Source of the DNA: Candidatus Bathyarchaeota archaeon
GTDB lineage: Archaea > Thermoproteota > Bathyarchaeia > Bathyarchaeales > Bathycorpusculaceae
DNA length: 64,000 nucleotides
Direction of reading: 5' to 3'
Assembly (NCBI GenBank): GCA_963775685.1
Contig: CAVZJV010000014.1
Span: 1,696,001 to 1,760,000 of the forward strand
Part shown: one piece after another, positions 41,641-52,309 of the stretch
How positions within the stretch are numbered: the first letter of the stretch is position 1
Layout of the letters: every line of letters begins with the position of its first letter
Program-made: the position numbers and the translations under genes
The notes under the pieces: generated by a model
What the model saw: only the letters and a program-made list of their open reading frames with translations
Databases searched by the model: none
Told to the model about the DNA's origin: nothing

Positions 41641-42667
41641 AGAATAGTCCTTCAAGATACTTTTCGTTATAGAGACGGTCTTTCAGGTCCACGTCGAAGT
41701 GCTCAGCGATTGGCTTTAGGATTTGCGGGTTAGCTTCATAGACTTTACGTGCGTTCGTAAGCACAACTTCTATGCCTAATCGAGTCATTTTTCCCAGCGG
41801 TTGCCTGCATGGCCCCGACGGCATCCCCAGCACACTCATCAGTGTCTTGTAGGCAACAGGATTGCGAGCTTTGCATGTGACCGTTCCGAACGCGGTTTGT
41901 TCTTGGGTCTTCACTGTCACTATGTCAAAGAGCGGTTGGAGCGCCTGGGCAATTACGCTTGCAGCTTCTTCATTGCCATCGATAACGTAATGAACCATGT
42001 CCACAACAGTTCTGGGAGCAATATTTGATACGACAGAAATTACGCCACTTGCACCAATGTCTGGCGAAATCATCATAGTATAGGTCTTGTCATCATCGCC
42101 TGAGATGATGTCAAAGCTCTCTCCGCAGAGCTTTCGGGTTAACTCCATATTCTTGAGGTCGCCAGTTGCTTCTTTGACACAGCAAACATTCGGGTATTGC
42201 TGGTGAAGCACGGCAAGGTCCGGGGGAAAGAGTTGGGTTCCTGTTCTTCCCGGTATGATGTAGGGGATGACTTGAACTTCTGGAAACTTGCTGGCAACGG
42301 GCTCTACGTATTCTCTGCGTATTTCCAAGGAACTTGGGCCGTTATAGTAGGGGTCGACGAGTAGAACGTTTCTGACGCCTAAGTCTAGGGAGTGGGCTGT
42401 GGCTTCGATGGTTTCCTGTGTGGAGTTGCTGCCTGTTCCGGCGATAGTTTGGGTTTTGCCTGCGTACTCATGGATTTTTTCTATTACTTTGTTGTGTTCG
42501 TTCCATTCTAGGGTTGGGCTTTCACCTGTTGTTCCTACAGCAAGTATGCCTTTGACGCCGTTTTTTATTTGGAAATCTACTAGTTCTTGTAAGCCCTCGT
42601 AATCGACTTGATGATTACGGTTCATGGGGGTTATTAATGCAGTGTAACAACCATTAAATGTTGCCAT
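41633..42667 (-). CDS. dapA: 4-hydroxy-tetrahydrodipicolinate synthase
   Basis: GTTGESPTL, PYYN, KEATG, SGDD. Confidence 0.95.
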   Translation of the reverse strand: MATFNGCYTALITPMNRNHQVDYEGLQELVDFQIKNGVKGILAVGTTGESPTLEWNEHNKVIEKIHEYAGKTQTIAGTGSNSTQETIEATAHSLDLGVRNVLLVDPYYNGPSSLEIRREYVEPVASKFPEVQVIPYIIPGRTGTQLFPPDLAVLHQQYPNVCCVKEATGDLKNMELTRKLCGESFDIISGDDDKTYTMMISPDIGASGVISVVSNIAPRTVVDMVHYVIDGNEEAASVIAQALQPLFDIVTVKTQEQTAFGTVTCKARNPVAYKTLMSVLGMPSGPCRQPLGKMTRLGIEVVLTNARKVYEANPQILKPIAEHFDVDLKDRLYNEKYLEGLFYA

Positions 42668-42789
42668 TTTAAATTCCTCTTAGGATGAAAGATTAGTGGA
42701 GTACAGATTATTTAAGCATTACGTTTTTCACATATTCTTTACTAATTACGCAATAATTAGAGGTGTTTAGCACTTAATTTAAGCGTAAG

Positions 42790-43110
42790 CTAACTTTTTT
42801 CGAAGTTAGTCAATGGTGCAATATAGTACGCTGTAAAAACCCCATCGCAAACCCCGTAAATCCTCCACAAATAATCAACCGCCTCACTGAGCTCCTGTGC
42901 CGATGGAATAACCTGCTTAAAATTATCTAAACGCAAAACTTGGTCAAGTTGCCCAAATTCTTTCTTCACAATTTCATACCTCAATATGTGGGGCCCTGAC
43001 TGGAAAACAACGATGTCACCCTTCCGAGGGGTGCCTTTTCGAATATCGATTGTTTTTTTGCCCTGTTTTAGCCAGTTGAATACTTCCTTTCTTGCGTACA
43101 GAAGCGGCAA
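42790..43110 (-). CDS. ASCH/PUA-like domain protein
   Basis: LKQGKKTIDIR...GD.VVF. Confidence 0.75.
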   Translation of the reverse strand: MPLLYARKEVFNWLKQGKKTIDIRKGTPRKGDIVVFQSGPHILRYEIVKKEFGQLDQVLRLDNFKQVIPSAQELSEAVDYLWRIYGVCDGVFTAYYIAPLTNFEKS

Positions 43111-43224
43111 ATCTGAAACCTGATTTAGAGCTTAATTGCTAAAAGATAAGTATTCAGTAGAAAAGCGTATAGCCCTCACAAAATAGGAAAAAATGGGTTG
43201 AAAACGTAGAAGATTGTTGTTGGT

Positions 43225-43422
43225 TTACCCTTTGCCCTTCTCTTCTTTACCGAAGTATTTGGTCCATTTCAGTTTGCGTGCATCGCGTTTGAAGGATAAG
43301 CTGCTTTTCTTGCATTTGCTAGAATCGAACCACAGAATTGAGCCGTCGTTTTTAACGAACATCATGCCTGTGCCAGCTGGGAAATCAGCACCACAGAACG
43401 AACATTTTCTAGGTTTTGGCAT
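43225..43422 (-). CDS. rpl24e: 50S ribosomal protein L24e
   Basis: CSFCG...[11 protein letters not shown]...SSKC. Confidence 0.96.
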   Translation of the reverse strand: MPKPRKCSFCGADFPAGTGMMFVKNDGSILWFDSSKCKKSSLSFKRDARKLKWTKYFGKEEKGKG

Positions 43423-43443
43423 GACAAATTCTCCAAGTCAGGT

Positions 43444-43662
43444 TTATCTAGTAAGTTTCTTTGCTTCTCGCTCAGTTTCTCGCAGCATCAGAATATCTTG
43501 TGCTCTCACGGGTCCTTTAACGTTTCGTGAGATGATTCTGCCTTTGTCTTTGCCTTCCATGATTCGGACGCGGACTTGTGTGATTTCTCCGGTTACGCCC
43601 GTGCGACCGATGACTTGTATGACTTCCGCGGGAATTAGTTCTTCAGCTGCTTCTTTACTCAT
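43444..43662 (-). CDS. rps28e: 30S ribosomal protein S28e
   Basis: GRTGVTGE...RNVKGPVR...ETEREA. Confidence 0.97.
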   Translation of the reverse strand: MSKEAAEELIPAEVIQVIGRTGVTGEITQVRVRIMEGKDKGRIISRNVKGPVRAQDILMLRETEREAKKLTR

Positions 43663-44042
43663 TACTGAGTTCCTCGTTTAACCTGGTCGATACGAGTGAC
43701 GATTTCTTTGAGTAGTCCTGCTGCTTCTCCTTCTCTTATGATACATGCTGCTGCGCATGGTACGTCTATGCCGATGGATTTGCCGAGTTGTTCTTTGCTT
43801 GGGACAAATACATATGGAATTTTTCTTTCGTCGCAGAGTAATGGCAGGTGTGCTATGACTTCTGGTGGATCAACATCTTCAGCAATTACAACTAGTTTTG
43901 CTTGTGACCGTTCAACAGCTTTTGTAGCTTCGTTTGTTCCTTTCCTAACTGATCCTGATTTTGAAGCAATCGTTAGGGCTTCATAGGCTGCATCTACGAT
44001 TTCTTTTGGGACTTCATATTTTACATAGAATGGTTTTGACAT
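43662..44042 (-). CDS. rpl7ae: Ribosomal/sRNP protein L7Ae
   Basis: [20 protein letters not shown]. Confidence 0.97.
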   Translation of the reverse strand: MSKPFYVKYEVPKEIVDAAYEALTIASKSGSVRKGTNEATKAVERSQAKLVVIAEDVDPPEVIAHLPLLCDERKIPYVFVPSKEQLGKSIGIDVPCAAACIIREGEAAGLLKEIVTRIDQVKRGTQ

Positions 44043-44195
44043 ATTAGCCTCACCCTTTTAAGGCACAGTCTTATCCACACAACTTATTTAAGAAGCTTTC
44101 TGCTAAAAACCGATACTTGTACTTTCTGCTCATATAGCATCTAGAAAACTTTATATAAACTGTTACGGGTTCCTACATGCTTTTCGAGAGGGGAA

Positions 44196-44453
44196 TTGCG
44201 TTTGCAAAGATTGGGCAAGGTTTCAAATGTAACTCCATCGCGAAATATGGTGGTAAGAGCAGAAAATACCCCGAAAATTAGTTTTGAAGTTGTGGATGAA
44301 AACCTAAACGTTGTCGGAAAAGTTTTCGACATTATTGGTCCAGTGGCATCCCCTTATGCAGTGATTAAAACAACCGTTAGGGAACCTGAGAAATTAGTGA
44401 ATAAACCGGTGTACTTGCTTCTCTCGAAAACCAAACGGAGCAAAAATAGATGA
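44196..44453 (+). CDS. gar1: H/ACA RNP component Gar1
   Basis: [15 protein letters not shown]; coupled to tfb. Confidence 0.88.
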   Translation: MRLQRLGKVSNVTPSRNMVVRAENTPKISFEVVDENLNVVGKVFDIIGPVASPYAVIKTTVREPEKLVNKPVYLLLSKTKRSKNR

Positions 44454-45424
44454 TAAGAGCTAGCAAGTTACATGAACAAACAAATCAAGACCAAACTGCA
44501 CCAAAAGCAGAACCAGCCAAAGTTCAGGCATGCCCTGAATGCGGCAGCACTCGACTAATGCGTGACTATGAATGCGCCGAAATAGTATGCATGGACTGCG
44601 GTTTCGTGGTTGCAGCCAAAATAGCTGACCGAGGTCCCGAATGGCGAGCTTTTGATGATGAGCAAAGGTCAAAGAGAACCCGTGTTGGAGCTCCCCTGAC
44701 ATATACAATCCATGATAAAGGATTGTCAACAACAATCGACTGGCATGACCGAGACATCTACGGTAAAAGTCTCTCGCCAGGACAGAAAGCACAGGTTTAC
44801 AGGCTCAGGAAATGGCAGCGACGCATCAGAGTTTCAGACGCAACAGAGAGGAATCTGGCGTTTGCTCTATCCGAAATCACCAAGATTTCCAATAACCTAA
44901 ACCTACCAAAGAGTATTCTTGAAACCGCCTCAGTTATTTACCGTAAAGCAGTAAAAGAACGCCTAATACGCGGTAGGTCAATTCAGGGCGTCACCTCAGC
45001 AGCGCTCTATTTAGCGTGCAGGCAATGTGGCTTACCCCGAACTTTGGACGAAATCTCACAGGCATCAACAGTTAACAAGAAAGAAGTTGGACGAAGCTAC
45101 CGTTTCCTAATCAGAGAACTAAACTATTCCATCCCACCCCTACGACCAAGCCAATACATAACAAAGTTCTCCAACCAACTCACCATGCAGGGAAAAGTTG
45201 AAGAAATCGCTCATAAAATTTTAGCTTCAGCAAAAGAACTCAAACTCACTTCAGGCAGAGGACCAACAGGCATAGCAGCTGCAGCAAGCTATGTGGCATC
45301 CGTTTTAACCGGTGAACGCAAGACACAAAGAGAAATCGCAGAAATCGCACAAGTGACTGAGGTAACTATTCGGAACAGGTACAAAGAGCTCGCTGAACGT
45401 TTACTGTTCCAAATAAGCATCTAA
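44450..45424 (+). CDS. tfb: Transcription initiation factor B
   Basis: CPECG zinc ribbon, GPEWRAF, cyclin repeats, [12 protein letters not shown]. Confidence 0.98.
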   Translation: MIRASKLHEQTNQDQTAPKAEPAKVQACPECGSTRLMRDYECAEIVCMDCGFVVAAKIADRGPEWRAFDDEQRSKRTRVGAPLTYTIHDKGLSTTIDWHDRDIYGKSLSPGQKAQVYRLRKWQRRIRVSDATERNLAFALSEITKISNNLNLPKSILETASVIYRKAVKERLIRGRSIQGVTSAALYLACRQCGLPRTLDEISQASTVNKKEVGRSYRFLIRELNYSIPPLRPSQYITKFSNQLTMQGKVEEIAHKILASAKELKLTSGRGPTGIAAAASYVASVLTGERKTQREIAEIAQVTEVTIRNRYKELAERLLFQISI

Positions 45425-45462
45425 ACGTTCATCTTTCTTTCTTTTTTTAAGGCTCCAACCAT

Positions 45463-45743
45463 GTGGCTGATTTCAACAAAATTTTAAAGTAGACAAAATT
45501 GTAGAGTTGCTTGCTAAACACGGAGAAATCCAGGCGGCCTTAAGCAAAATCTGCAATCGCCATCAGAAGCTGGAAATGTTTGATTCAAAGTTTTTTTCTA
45601 AACAGCCTTGATACCCTAAAGAGAGATGTTCGGACGAGGGCCAGCGACCTTGAAGTTGAGGTGAAGCGACTGTGAGAGAACAAAGAGCTATTCGAGAGCT
45701 TTTAGGCTTGAACTTGGACAAACGTTGTCAAGGCAAAACTTGA
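45463..45743 (+). pseudogene. Decayed small coiled-coil protein
   Basis: Fragments VDKIVELLAKHGEIQAALSKI and LDTLKRDVRTRASDLEVEVKRL*...IRELLGL joined by frameshifts and a stop. Confidence 0.45.
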
Positions 45744-45791
45744 TTGTGGGTAAGCAATTTTTTTAAGCATCTACGTTGCTAATGCTAACTT

Positions 45792-46406
45792 ATGCCCTAT
45801 AAATTCACCTTTGACCTCTCTAAGGTCCCACGATTCTTCTTTACCGAAATAGCCATGATTAGCTACCAGAAGGGCATGCACAAAAGTTTCCTTTCAACAC
45901 TCAACGATGTAATCCTTAAATTTAAGATTCAAGAAGCAACGGGATTAAACCTTTCAGACGCAGTTTCTTTGCTCCAGGACTTGATTGATTTGCAAGCCAT
46001 CAACAGTATGGAGAGAGGCAGATTTTTGCAAACCAAAAAAAGAGCAATTTTCTTGCCCCACTGCTCCCGAAAATTCATGGATAGCCGCTGTAAAGCAACA
46101 TTTGACCCTAACGTTCCATGCTATACATGTGCGCATTGCTCGGAAGATTGCATGGTAAACAAGGCAGACCAGTACGCTCGGAAGAAGGGTTACGACGTTT
46201 ACTTGTTGCCCGGCGGCTCCTGCATCCCGAAGATACTTAAAAACACTCGTTACGAAGGCATCGTCGGAGTGGCTTGTGGGGAAGAAATGAAAATTATGGG
46301 TCCGCTTCTTAGCGGCATGAATGTGACGGGGCAAGGTATACCATTGATTAAGAATGGTTGCGCGTGCACCGTTTTCAACATGGATACTCTACGAAAAGTT
46401 CTCTAA
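45792..46406 (+). CDS. DUF116 family Cys-rich protein
   Basis: FLPHC, CAHC, PGGS, GVAC. Confidence 0.8.
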   Translation: MPYKFTFDLSKVPRFFFTEIAMISYQKGMHKSFLSTLNDVILKFKIQEATGLNLSDAVSLLQDLIDLQAINSMERGRFLQTKKRAIFLPHCSRKFMDSRCKATFDPNVPCYTCAHCSEDCMVNKADQYARKKGYDVYLLPGGSCIPKILKNTRYEGIVGVACGEEMKIMGPLLSGMNVTGQGIPLIKNGCACTVFNMDTLRKVL

Positions 46407-46576
46407 TTGCACTCTATGATTTGACTTTGAGTTTAGTTGATATCAAAATAGCTAAATTTTTCAATCACTTTAAAGGTGGTCAACTTATAGGGGCTTTATT
46501 CACTGTGAGTTAGAGAGAGAAAAACGCCTATTACCGTTTCATTTCTTAGGAAACAGAATAAAGAAAAGTAAAATTG

Positions 46577-46738
46577 CTACTTTACTAATTCTCGTTTCTT
46601 CCAGCGCAAGTTTTTGCCCTTGCACTTTCTGCATTTCAGCGCTGTTGCAGCATTGCGTGAGCCACAATCGCGGCAGATTTTCATGTGTAATCGGTGTTCC
46701 TGCGCGATGGATTTCTTTACTGGGTCTAATATTGGCAT
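46577..46738 (-). CDS. rpl40e: 50S ribosomal protein L40e (missing from the ORF track)
   Basis: MPILDPVKKSIAQEHRLHMKICRDCGSRNAATALKCRKCKGKNLRWKKRELVK. Confidence 0.95.
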   Translation of the reverse strand: MPILDPVKKSIAQEHRLHMKICRDCGSRNAATALKCRKCKGKNLRWKKRELVK

Positions 46739-46838
46739 TTTAAATTGTACCTTCCGTTTCGGCTAACTCTTTGATGGTTAGGTATCAAATATACCTTTTG
46801 TCTAAACTTGTGCGTATTCAACAGATACAAATACTCAT

Positions 46839-47306
46839 CTACTTTATTACTTCAATGGTAACGTAAGAGCGCGTGTCTTCTATTCCTTCGATGCTGTAGA
46901 GTTTCTTCAAGATTTCATCGAGGTTCTCGCGTTCAACGATAATCAATGCATCTACTTCGCCTGCTATTCGGAATGCTCTGGAGACCGCAAGTTCATGGAT
47001 TTGCTCGTAGACGTGGACGCGTTTGATGGGTGAAACTTTGAGAAGTATGAAGGCAGGTGTTGTAGAAACGCCAAGTGCGCTCAAGCCTTTTTCTGTAACG
47101 TCGATGAAACCTCTTCCTGTACGTATGTAGCCGCGATTTTTTAATTTCCTCAAGTGGACGTTTAGTGCTTGCCTGCTTACGCCCAACTGGTTTGATAGTT
47201 CGTCTTGTTTTACCCTCAGGGTGTAGGTGTTTGTGGATTTGCCTTTTTCGTAGAGGGTTTTTAAGAGTTGAATTGAACGTTTAGTTAATGGTTCCAATTT
47301 AGTCAC
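46839..47306 (-). CDS. Lrp/AsnC family transcriptional regulator
   Basis: wHTH (QDELSNQLGVSRQALNVHL) plus RAM-like domain. Confidence 0.85.
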   Translation of the reverse strand: MTKLEPLTKRSIQLLKTLYEKGKSTNTYTLRVKQDELSNQLGVSRQALNVHLRKLKNRGYIRTGRGFIDVTEKGLSALGVSTTPAFILLKVSPIKRVHVYEQIHELAVSRAFRIAGEVDALIIVERENLDEILKKLYSIEGIEDTRSYVTIEVIK

Positions 47307-47623
47307 TTTTGTGGTGTTTTGTTAAGTTAAACCTTTACAAATAGTTGCATACTTCCTTAATAATCTGACGCAAAAACTTAAAAGCTGATTCTAACAGGCA
47401 TACCAGAAAAAGAAGAAGACCCCTTTTCCAGGTTTGCCCGAATAGCCCTGATCACCATTTTTTTTAACAACCAAAAAACCAAGTGATAATAATTAACCAT
47501 TAACATAAAAAAAATAACCAGTTTTCTTGAGCAAGAACCCAAACCAGCACACCACAATGTATTTATTTTGAAAAAAAGCTTAAGTCAAGCCACTTAAAAG
47601 TAAACTAGGAGTGTAGCAGAACC

Positions 47624-47911
47624 GTGACAGAAAACGCCAGCGCAGTCTTAATCGGTAAAAAACCAATAATGAACTATGTCCTCGCATGCATCACATTCTT
47701 CCACGGCGGAGCAAAAGAAGTCAGCATCAAGGCACGAGGCAGGTCCATCAGCCGAGCAATCGACGTCGCCGAAGTTGTTAGACATCGATTCCTACCAGAT
47801 GCTAAAATAAAAAGCATCAGCATTGGAACAGACCAGTTCCTACCGCAAGATCAAGAAGATGGCAATACAGCAACCAACGTCAGCACCATTGAAATAACAT
47901 TGATAAGGTAA
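47624..47911 (+). CDS. albA: DNA/RNA-binding protein Alba
   Basis: [29 protein letters not shown]. Confidence 0.96.
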   Translation: MTENASAVLIGKKPIMNYVLACITFFHGGAKEVSIKARGRSISRAIDVAEVVRHRFLPDAKIKSISIGTDQFLPQDQEDGNTATNVSTIEITLIR

Positions 47912-47962
47912 AATTCATGGTCTTTAGCTAAACTCCTTCTTTGCAGGAAAAACGACACACAA

Positions 47963-48472
47963 ATGAAAACAGAACTATGCAGTTTCTGCCTAAAAAGTGG
48001 CATACTATGCCAAAAATGTTCAGCCAAAGTGAAAGCTGGCGAAATCAGCGACATAGACCTGAAAATCGCACGAATACTGCTCTCCCTAGAAGAAAAGTAT
48101 CCTTCCCTGCAAAACGTCTGCTTCTACAAGGCAGTTGAGGTTGAAAAAACCTTAGCCATCCTCGTCGGACACGGAGATGTCCCTAAACTTTTAGGTTATG
48201 GCGGCAAAATCGTCAAAACCCTCGGAGACGAAACAGGCAAAAACGTCCGCGTACTCGAACATGGTGTTGACGACCGCAAATTCCTCGAAGACCTCTTTGT
48301 ACCCTTCAGCATTCTGACCATCAACACAATCTGGATTCCAGACGGAACCACCGAAACTCGGGTAATTCTTAAGAGGAAACGTGGTGCACAGCTACCCTTT
48401 GACCTTAAAGCTTTAAAGGAAATTGCCAGTAAAGTACGTAAAATGTCTCTACGCGTTGAAATTGCAGATTAA
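47963..48472 (+). CDS. NusA-like KH-domain protein with N-terminal Zn motif
   Basis: CSFCLKSGILCQKC, LLGYGGKIVK. Confidence 0.75.
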   Translation: MKTELCSFCLKSGILCQKCSAKVKAGEISDIDLKIARILLSLEEKYPSLQNVCFYKAVEVEKTLAILVGHGDVPKLLGYGGKIVKTLGDETGKNVRVLEHGVDDRKFLEDLFVPFSILTINTIWIPDGTTETRVILKRKRGAQLPFDLKALKEIASKVRKMSLRVEIAD

Positions 48473-48474
48473 GG

Positions 48475-49806
48475 TTGGCAAGCAGCATGAACTTGGACTC
48501 TATCGGCGACTGGATTAGAACTCACTATACAAGCCAAGTGACACCTGAAATTGACGGTCAAGAAGTTACTCTCTTTGGCTGGGTCCAAGATATCCGCGAC
48601 CTGGGTGGGATCCGCTTCATAATTCTGCAAGACCGCGAAGGAACAATCCAGTTAACCATCCCCAAAAAAAGAATTGCGCCTGAAGTTTTGGCGAAGTCTG
48701 ACCTTCTGCAAAAGAGGTTCAGTATTGGCACTTGCGGAACCGTTAAAAAAACTAACATGACGCCCAGAGGAATCGAAGTAATTCCCAGCGCAATAAAGAT
48801 TCTAAACATCGCCACCGAGCAACTTCCTATAGACATCACCGGAAAAACGCCTGCCCTCATAGAATCCCGATTAGATGCCCGACCGCTTGACCTTACGCAA
48901 GAAAAAAGCTTGGCAACATTCAAGGTTCAGCACATCGCTCTTGAAGCAATCCGCAGTTTCCTTTTCCATAAGGATTTTTTGGAGGTTCACACTCCCAGAA
49001 TCATTGCCTCTGCCACCGAAGGTGGAGCGGAATTGTTCAGTGTGGATTATTTTGGTCAAAAAGCCTACCTTGCGCAAAGTCCACAACTCTACAAAGAAGA
49101 ATTAACGTTGAGTTTTGAGAAGGTGTTTGAGGTTGGACCCTTCTTCCGAGCTGAGGAATCGCACACAAGAAGGCACCTTAGCGAATTTACCTCTGTTGAC
49201 ATTGAGGCGGCTTTTGCTAACGCGACCAATGTTATGGCACTCTTGGAACAAGTCATACACCATGTCTTTACGATTGTCAAAGAAAAGTGCGGCAGCGAAC
49301 TTGCGGTGCTCGGGTATAAGTTTGATGTGCCTCAGATTCCGTTTAAGCGATTAACTTACGACCAAGTCGTCGAAGACCTCAAAGCGCAGGATGTAACGAT
49401 TCCATGGGGCGAAGACATTCCAACTGAGGCATTTAGAGTCTTAGGCAAGCTTTACCCATTCTTCTATTTCATAACAGATTGGCCTACCCACGCAAAAGCC
49501 TTCTACATTAAACCCCGCGAAGACAAACCTGAAGTTTGCGAAGGCTTCGACTTGATGTGGCGATACATTGAACTTGTTTCTGGCGGAACAAGAATATCCC
49601 AAAAAGACCAACTGATCCAAAGGCTAAAGGAAAAAGGCTTGGATCCTGAATCGTTCAAGTGCCATCTAAAAGCCTACGATTACGGGATGCCTCCACACGC
49701 GGGATGGGGACTGGGGCTAGAGAGACTAACGATGATTTTAACTGGAAACAAGAACATCCGAGAAGTAACCTTGTATCCTAGAGATAGAGTCAGGCTAACA
49801 CCATAG
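48475..49806 (+). CDS. aspS: Aspartate-tRNA ligase (archaeal type, possibly non-discriminating)
   Basis: RTHY, EGGAELF, LAQSPQLYK, FRAEES, GMPPHAGWGLGLERL. Confidence 0.95.
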   Translation: MASSMNLDSIGDWIRTHYTSQVTPEIDGQEVTLFGWVQDIRDLGGIRFIILQDREGTIQLTIPKKRIAPEVLAKSDLLQKRFSIGTCGTVKKTNMTPRGIEVIPSAIKILNIATEQLPIDITGKTPALIESRLDARPLDLTQEKSLATFKVQHIALEAIRSFLFHKDFLEVHTPRIIASATEGGAELFSVDYFGQKAYLAQSPQLYKEELTLSFEKVFEVGPFFRAEESHTRRHLSEFTSVDIEAAFANATNVMALLEQVIHHVFTIVKEKCGSELAVLGYKFDVPQIPFKRLTYDQVVEDLKAQDVTIPWGEDIPTEAFRVLGKLYPFFYFITDWPTHAKAFYIKPREDKPEVCEGFDLMWRYIELVSGGTRISQKDQLIQRLKEKGLDPESFKCHLKAYDYGMPPHAGWGLGLERLTMILTGNKNIREVTLYPRDRVRLTP

Positions 49807-50039
49807 TCAAGCACACAAACACTGTTCCTTAGATGTGATTTCTTGTATGTTGCAAGTGGACATAAACATAGTTTAGGTTTTCTTCGTTGTCTGGACAGCG
49901 TTACCCAAAAATTACTGCAAAATATTTGGGTTAAGGCTAAGAATGTTATGTAACCGCACATTACCGATAACAGACTACAAAAAAGATAAAAGATAAGTTT
50001 GGACCTTATTCTATGTGGTGCTAAAATATTCTTTCAGCT

Positions 50040-50239
50040 TTCATATGGGTTCCTGCTCCATATTATTCCGATTTTTTAACCTGCCCAAAATGCAAATCAC
50101 AAGCAACTACAATTTCTAACTTCTGCAACTTCTGCGGCACACCTCTGCATCAACCCATTGTGTTGAAAACTGCCCAAAATGCAGTACTCGAATGGATGCT
50201 AAGGCACATTTTTGTCCAGAATGCGGTCAAAAACAATGA
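50040..50239 (+). pseudogene. Degenerate double zinc-ribbon ORF
   Basis: CPKC..FCNFCG and, after a frameshift, CPKC..FCPECGQKQ*; no clear start. Confidence 0.5.
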
Positions 50240-50583
50240 CATCATAGCAATTATTGATTCTGACTGGGGGTACAGGTGGTAAACCGTAGCTAATTTTGTC
50301 ATGTAATCCTTCAAGCGAAAATTGAAGGGTCCTCCATTTAATTTTGCAGCGAGAACCAGACGAGCAAGCTTTACAAGCTTATTTTTTGAAGCTCACCCAC
50401 AAAAACTGTAAAGCGGGTCTGATGGGAAGCCAAAGTTATACATGTTTTTCTCACTTTTGTCGCCTCTTCAATATTTTTCCCGGGATAAGGATTCTAAAAG
50501 TGCAATATTTCCCGCCAACAATCCTATCTTTCTTGTATAATATCAACTATTTTCCAATATCCAATTAGACTTATAAAAAATGA

Positions 50584-50621
50584 TGTTCAGGGCGCGAATA
50601 TTTGCTACTTTGCCCTGAACA
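50584..50621. terminator. Inverted repeat / hairpin
   Basis: TGTTCAGGGC-N18-GCCCTGAACA just downstream of the minus-strand gene ending at 50649. Confidence 0.45.
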
Positions 50622-50648
50622 AAATCGTTAAGTGAAAGGCGGAACTGA

Positions 50649-50942
50649 CTACAGGGTTTTTGCAATTTCACTTAGTGGTTTAACTGGCCTTACTTCAACC
50701 TTCATTGGACCAAAGAATTTTTCGATTGCTTCTGGGTTCTGTGCTTCTATTGTAAAGAACCCTTTGTGGTCGACGGCTTTGTCTTGAGGGCAACTCATAT
50801 AGGCGGCTGCTAAGTTGATTCCAGCGTTCTTTATGTTCTGCTCAGAGAAAAGCTGCTTGAACATAGCTTTCCCTTCAGCACTTAAAAGCGGACATTGCGG
50901 CGCCGGATGAGAATGTGTAGCTTCATATAGCAAGAAAATCAC
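50649..50942 (-). CDS. Small hypothetical protein
   Basis: GGGAGGTG start context; H.HPAPQCP...H.GFFTIEA. Confidence 0.7.
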   Translation of the reverse strand: MIFLLYEATHSHPAPQCPLLSAEGKAMFKQLFSEQNIKNAGINLAAAYMSCPQDKAVDHKGFFTIEAQNPEAIEKFFGPMKVEVRPVKPLSEIAKTL

Positions 50943-51315
50943 CTCCCTGTTGGAAGTTGTTCAAATAAGATGCAGTAATTTGTCTTATTAGCTTAATCTT
51001 AAACAGGCATTTAAAAGTTATTTAGGTATATTTTAGGTCGGAGTTATTTTCCTTGTTTTATGTTGTAAGATTCCTCTCCAAGTTGGCGCAAATCTCGTTC
51101 TTCATCAACCGACCATGGTTTACCCCTCAACCCCAAACCCCCCACAACATTTCCAGTCTCTAAACTCAGAAGACGGCCTTAAAAATTATTGACACCAATA
51201 ATACAAAAAAACCAAAAGCAAAAGACAAACACACAAACATAGCTTTAACAAAAAGACGTAAAAAATCAAACTTTCTCTAAACACAAAAAATATTCCAGAT
51301 GCCAGTTAATAGTTG

Positions 51316-51391
51316 TGGTGCGGTTGCCGGGATTTGAACCCGAGTGTTCAGCTTGGGAAGCTGATGTCCTACCGAACTAGACTACAACCGC
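51316..51391 (-). tRNA. tRNA-Gly(CCC), intronless, CCA encoded
   Basis: GCGGTTG...TCAGC-TTCCCAA-GCTGA...GGTTCAAATCC...CAACCGC ACCA. Confidence 0.97.
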
Positions 51392-51470
51392 AATTGTCTC
51401 CTGCATAAGCTATCGCATAGGGATAGTTCATTTAATATAGAAACTTTGCTATCAAACCTTTTTGGTGAAG

Positions 51471-52251
51471 TTAATTTAGGATTCTTCTCGCGTCGACATT
51501 ATACCCGCAGTTGGCGAGTTCTCGAATGAGGGCAAGCTTCCAGCTATCACGGTCGTCAAAGGCGCTAACTTTAATGCCTTCAAAATCAGGGATTGCAAAG
51601 CCTTCACATTCCCTAAAGAAGACAAGAACATTGGCTTTACCGAGCGTTCCTACCAAGAAACCAAGCTCAAAAACCGCGTCCTGCTGGGACTTAAGCTTAC
51701 GTTTCGTTGGCGCTTCATTTCTGCCATAAACAAAATCGTCAGGCGACAATAAAACCACAGCAAAACCAACATCTGAGTAATCCTTGAAGTGAATTGGTTA
51801 AAGCTGCACTGATGGCCTGTTTCATTTCATTATCCGTACCCGAAACAACAAAGATTCTGTGGCGAATGTTTCCCAAAGCGGATGCTGCCGAATCGTTAGG
51901 CTGAGTGGTTTCTTTGGGTGTGAGCAAAAATTTTTCGGTGCAGAGGTAGACGCCTTTCACTTTGCTTTTCAGAATGCTTTCAATAAGGTACTTTTTGTCT
52001 TTGGCAGATACGAGGTTTTCGTAATTTGGCAGGGTTATTTTATCGGCTGTTTCGTATGACCAAAATAAGATAGCTTTGGTGACTTTCAGGGGGTTGAGGA
52101 GTCTACCTGTGAACCAGAAGGGTTGGCCAAAATTGAAGGGTGTGGCAAATGTGCGCACGAGTTCTTCTCGGGAGACGTTGAAGCGGACTCCGGACTTATC
52201 ATGCTCGGCATATTCTAAGTAGATGTGGTATTTTGGCACTTGCAAGCTCAT
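51471..52251 (-). pseudogene. TIR-like nucleotide-binding protein (PF10137/Cap12-type) with internal deletion and frameshift near 51795
   Basis: RIFVVSGTD then, in another frame, DYSDVGFAVVLLSPDD...VFELGFLVG.LG...WKLALIREL. Confidence 0.75.
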
Positions 52252-52309
52252 CGAGTGCTAATCAGCAACTCTTAGAACAAAAACGTTACCATTCCCAAGA
52301 CAAGAGAGT

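Noticed and set aside
43214-43986. Long antisense ORFs here and opposite other core genes
   Set aside because: Shadow frames of well-supported genes on the other strand
50580-50620. C/D box sRNA (ATGATGT...CTGA)
   Set aside because: Imperfect C box, too short, and the D box is buried in the hairpin stem
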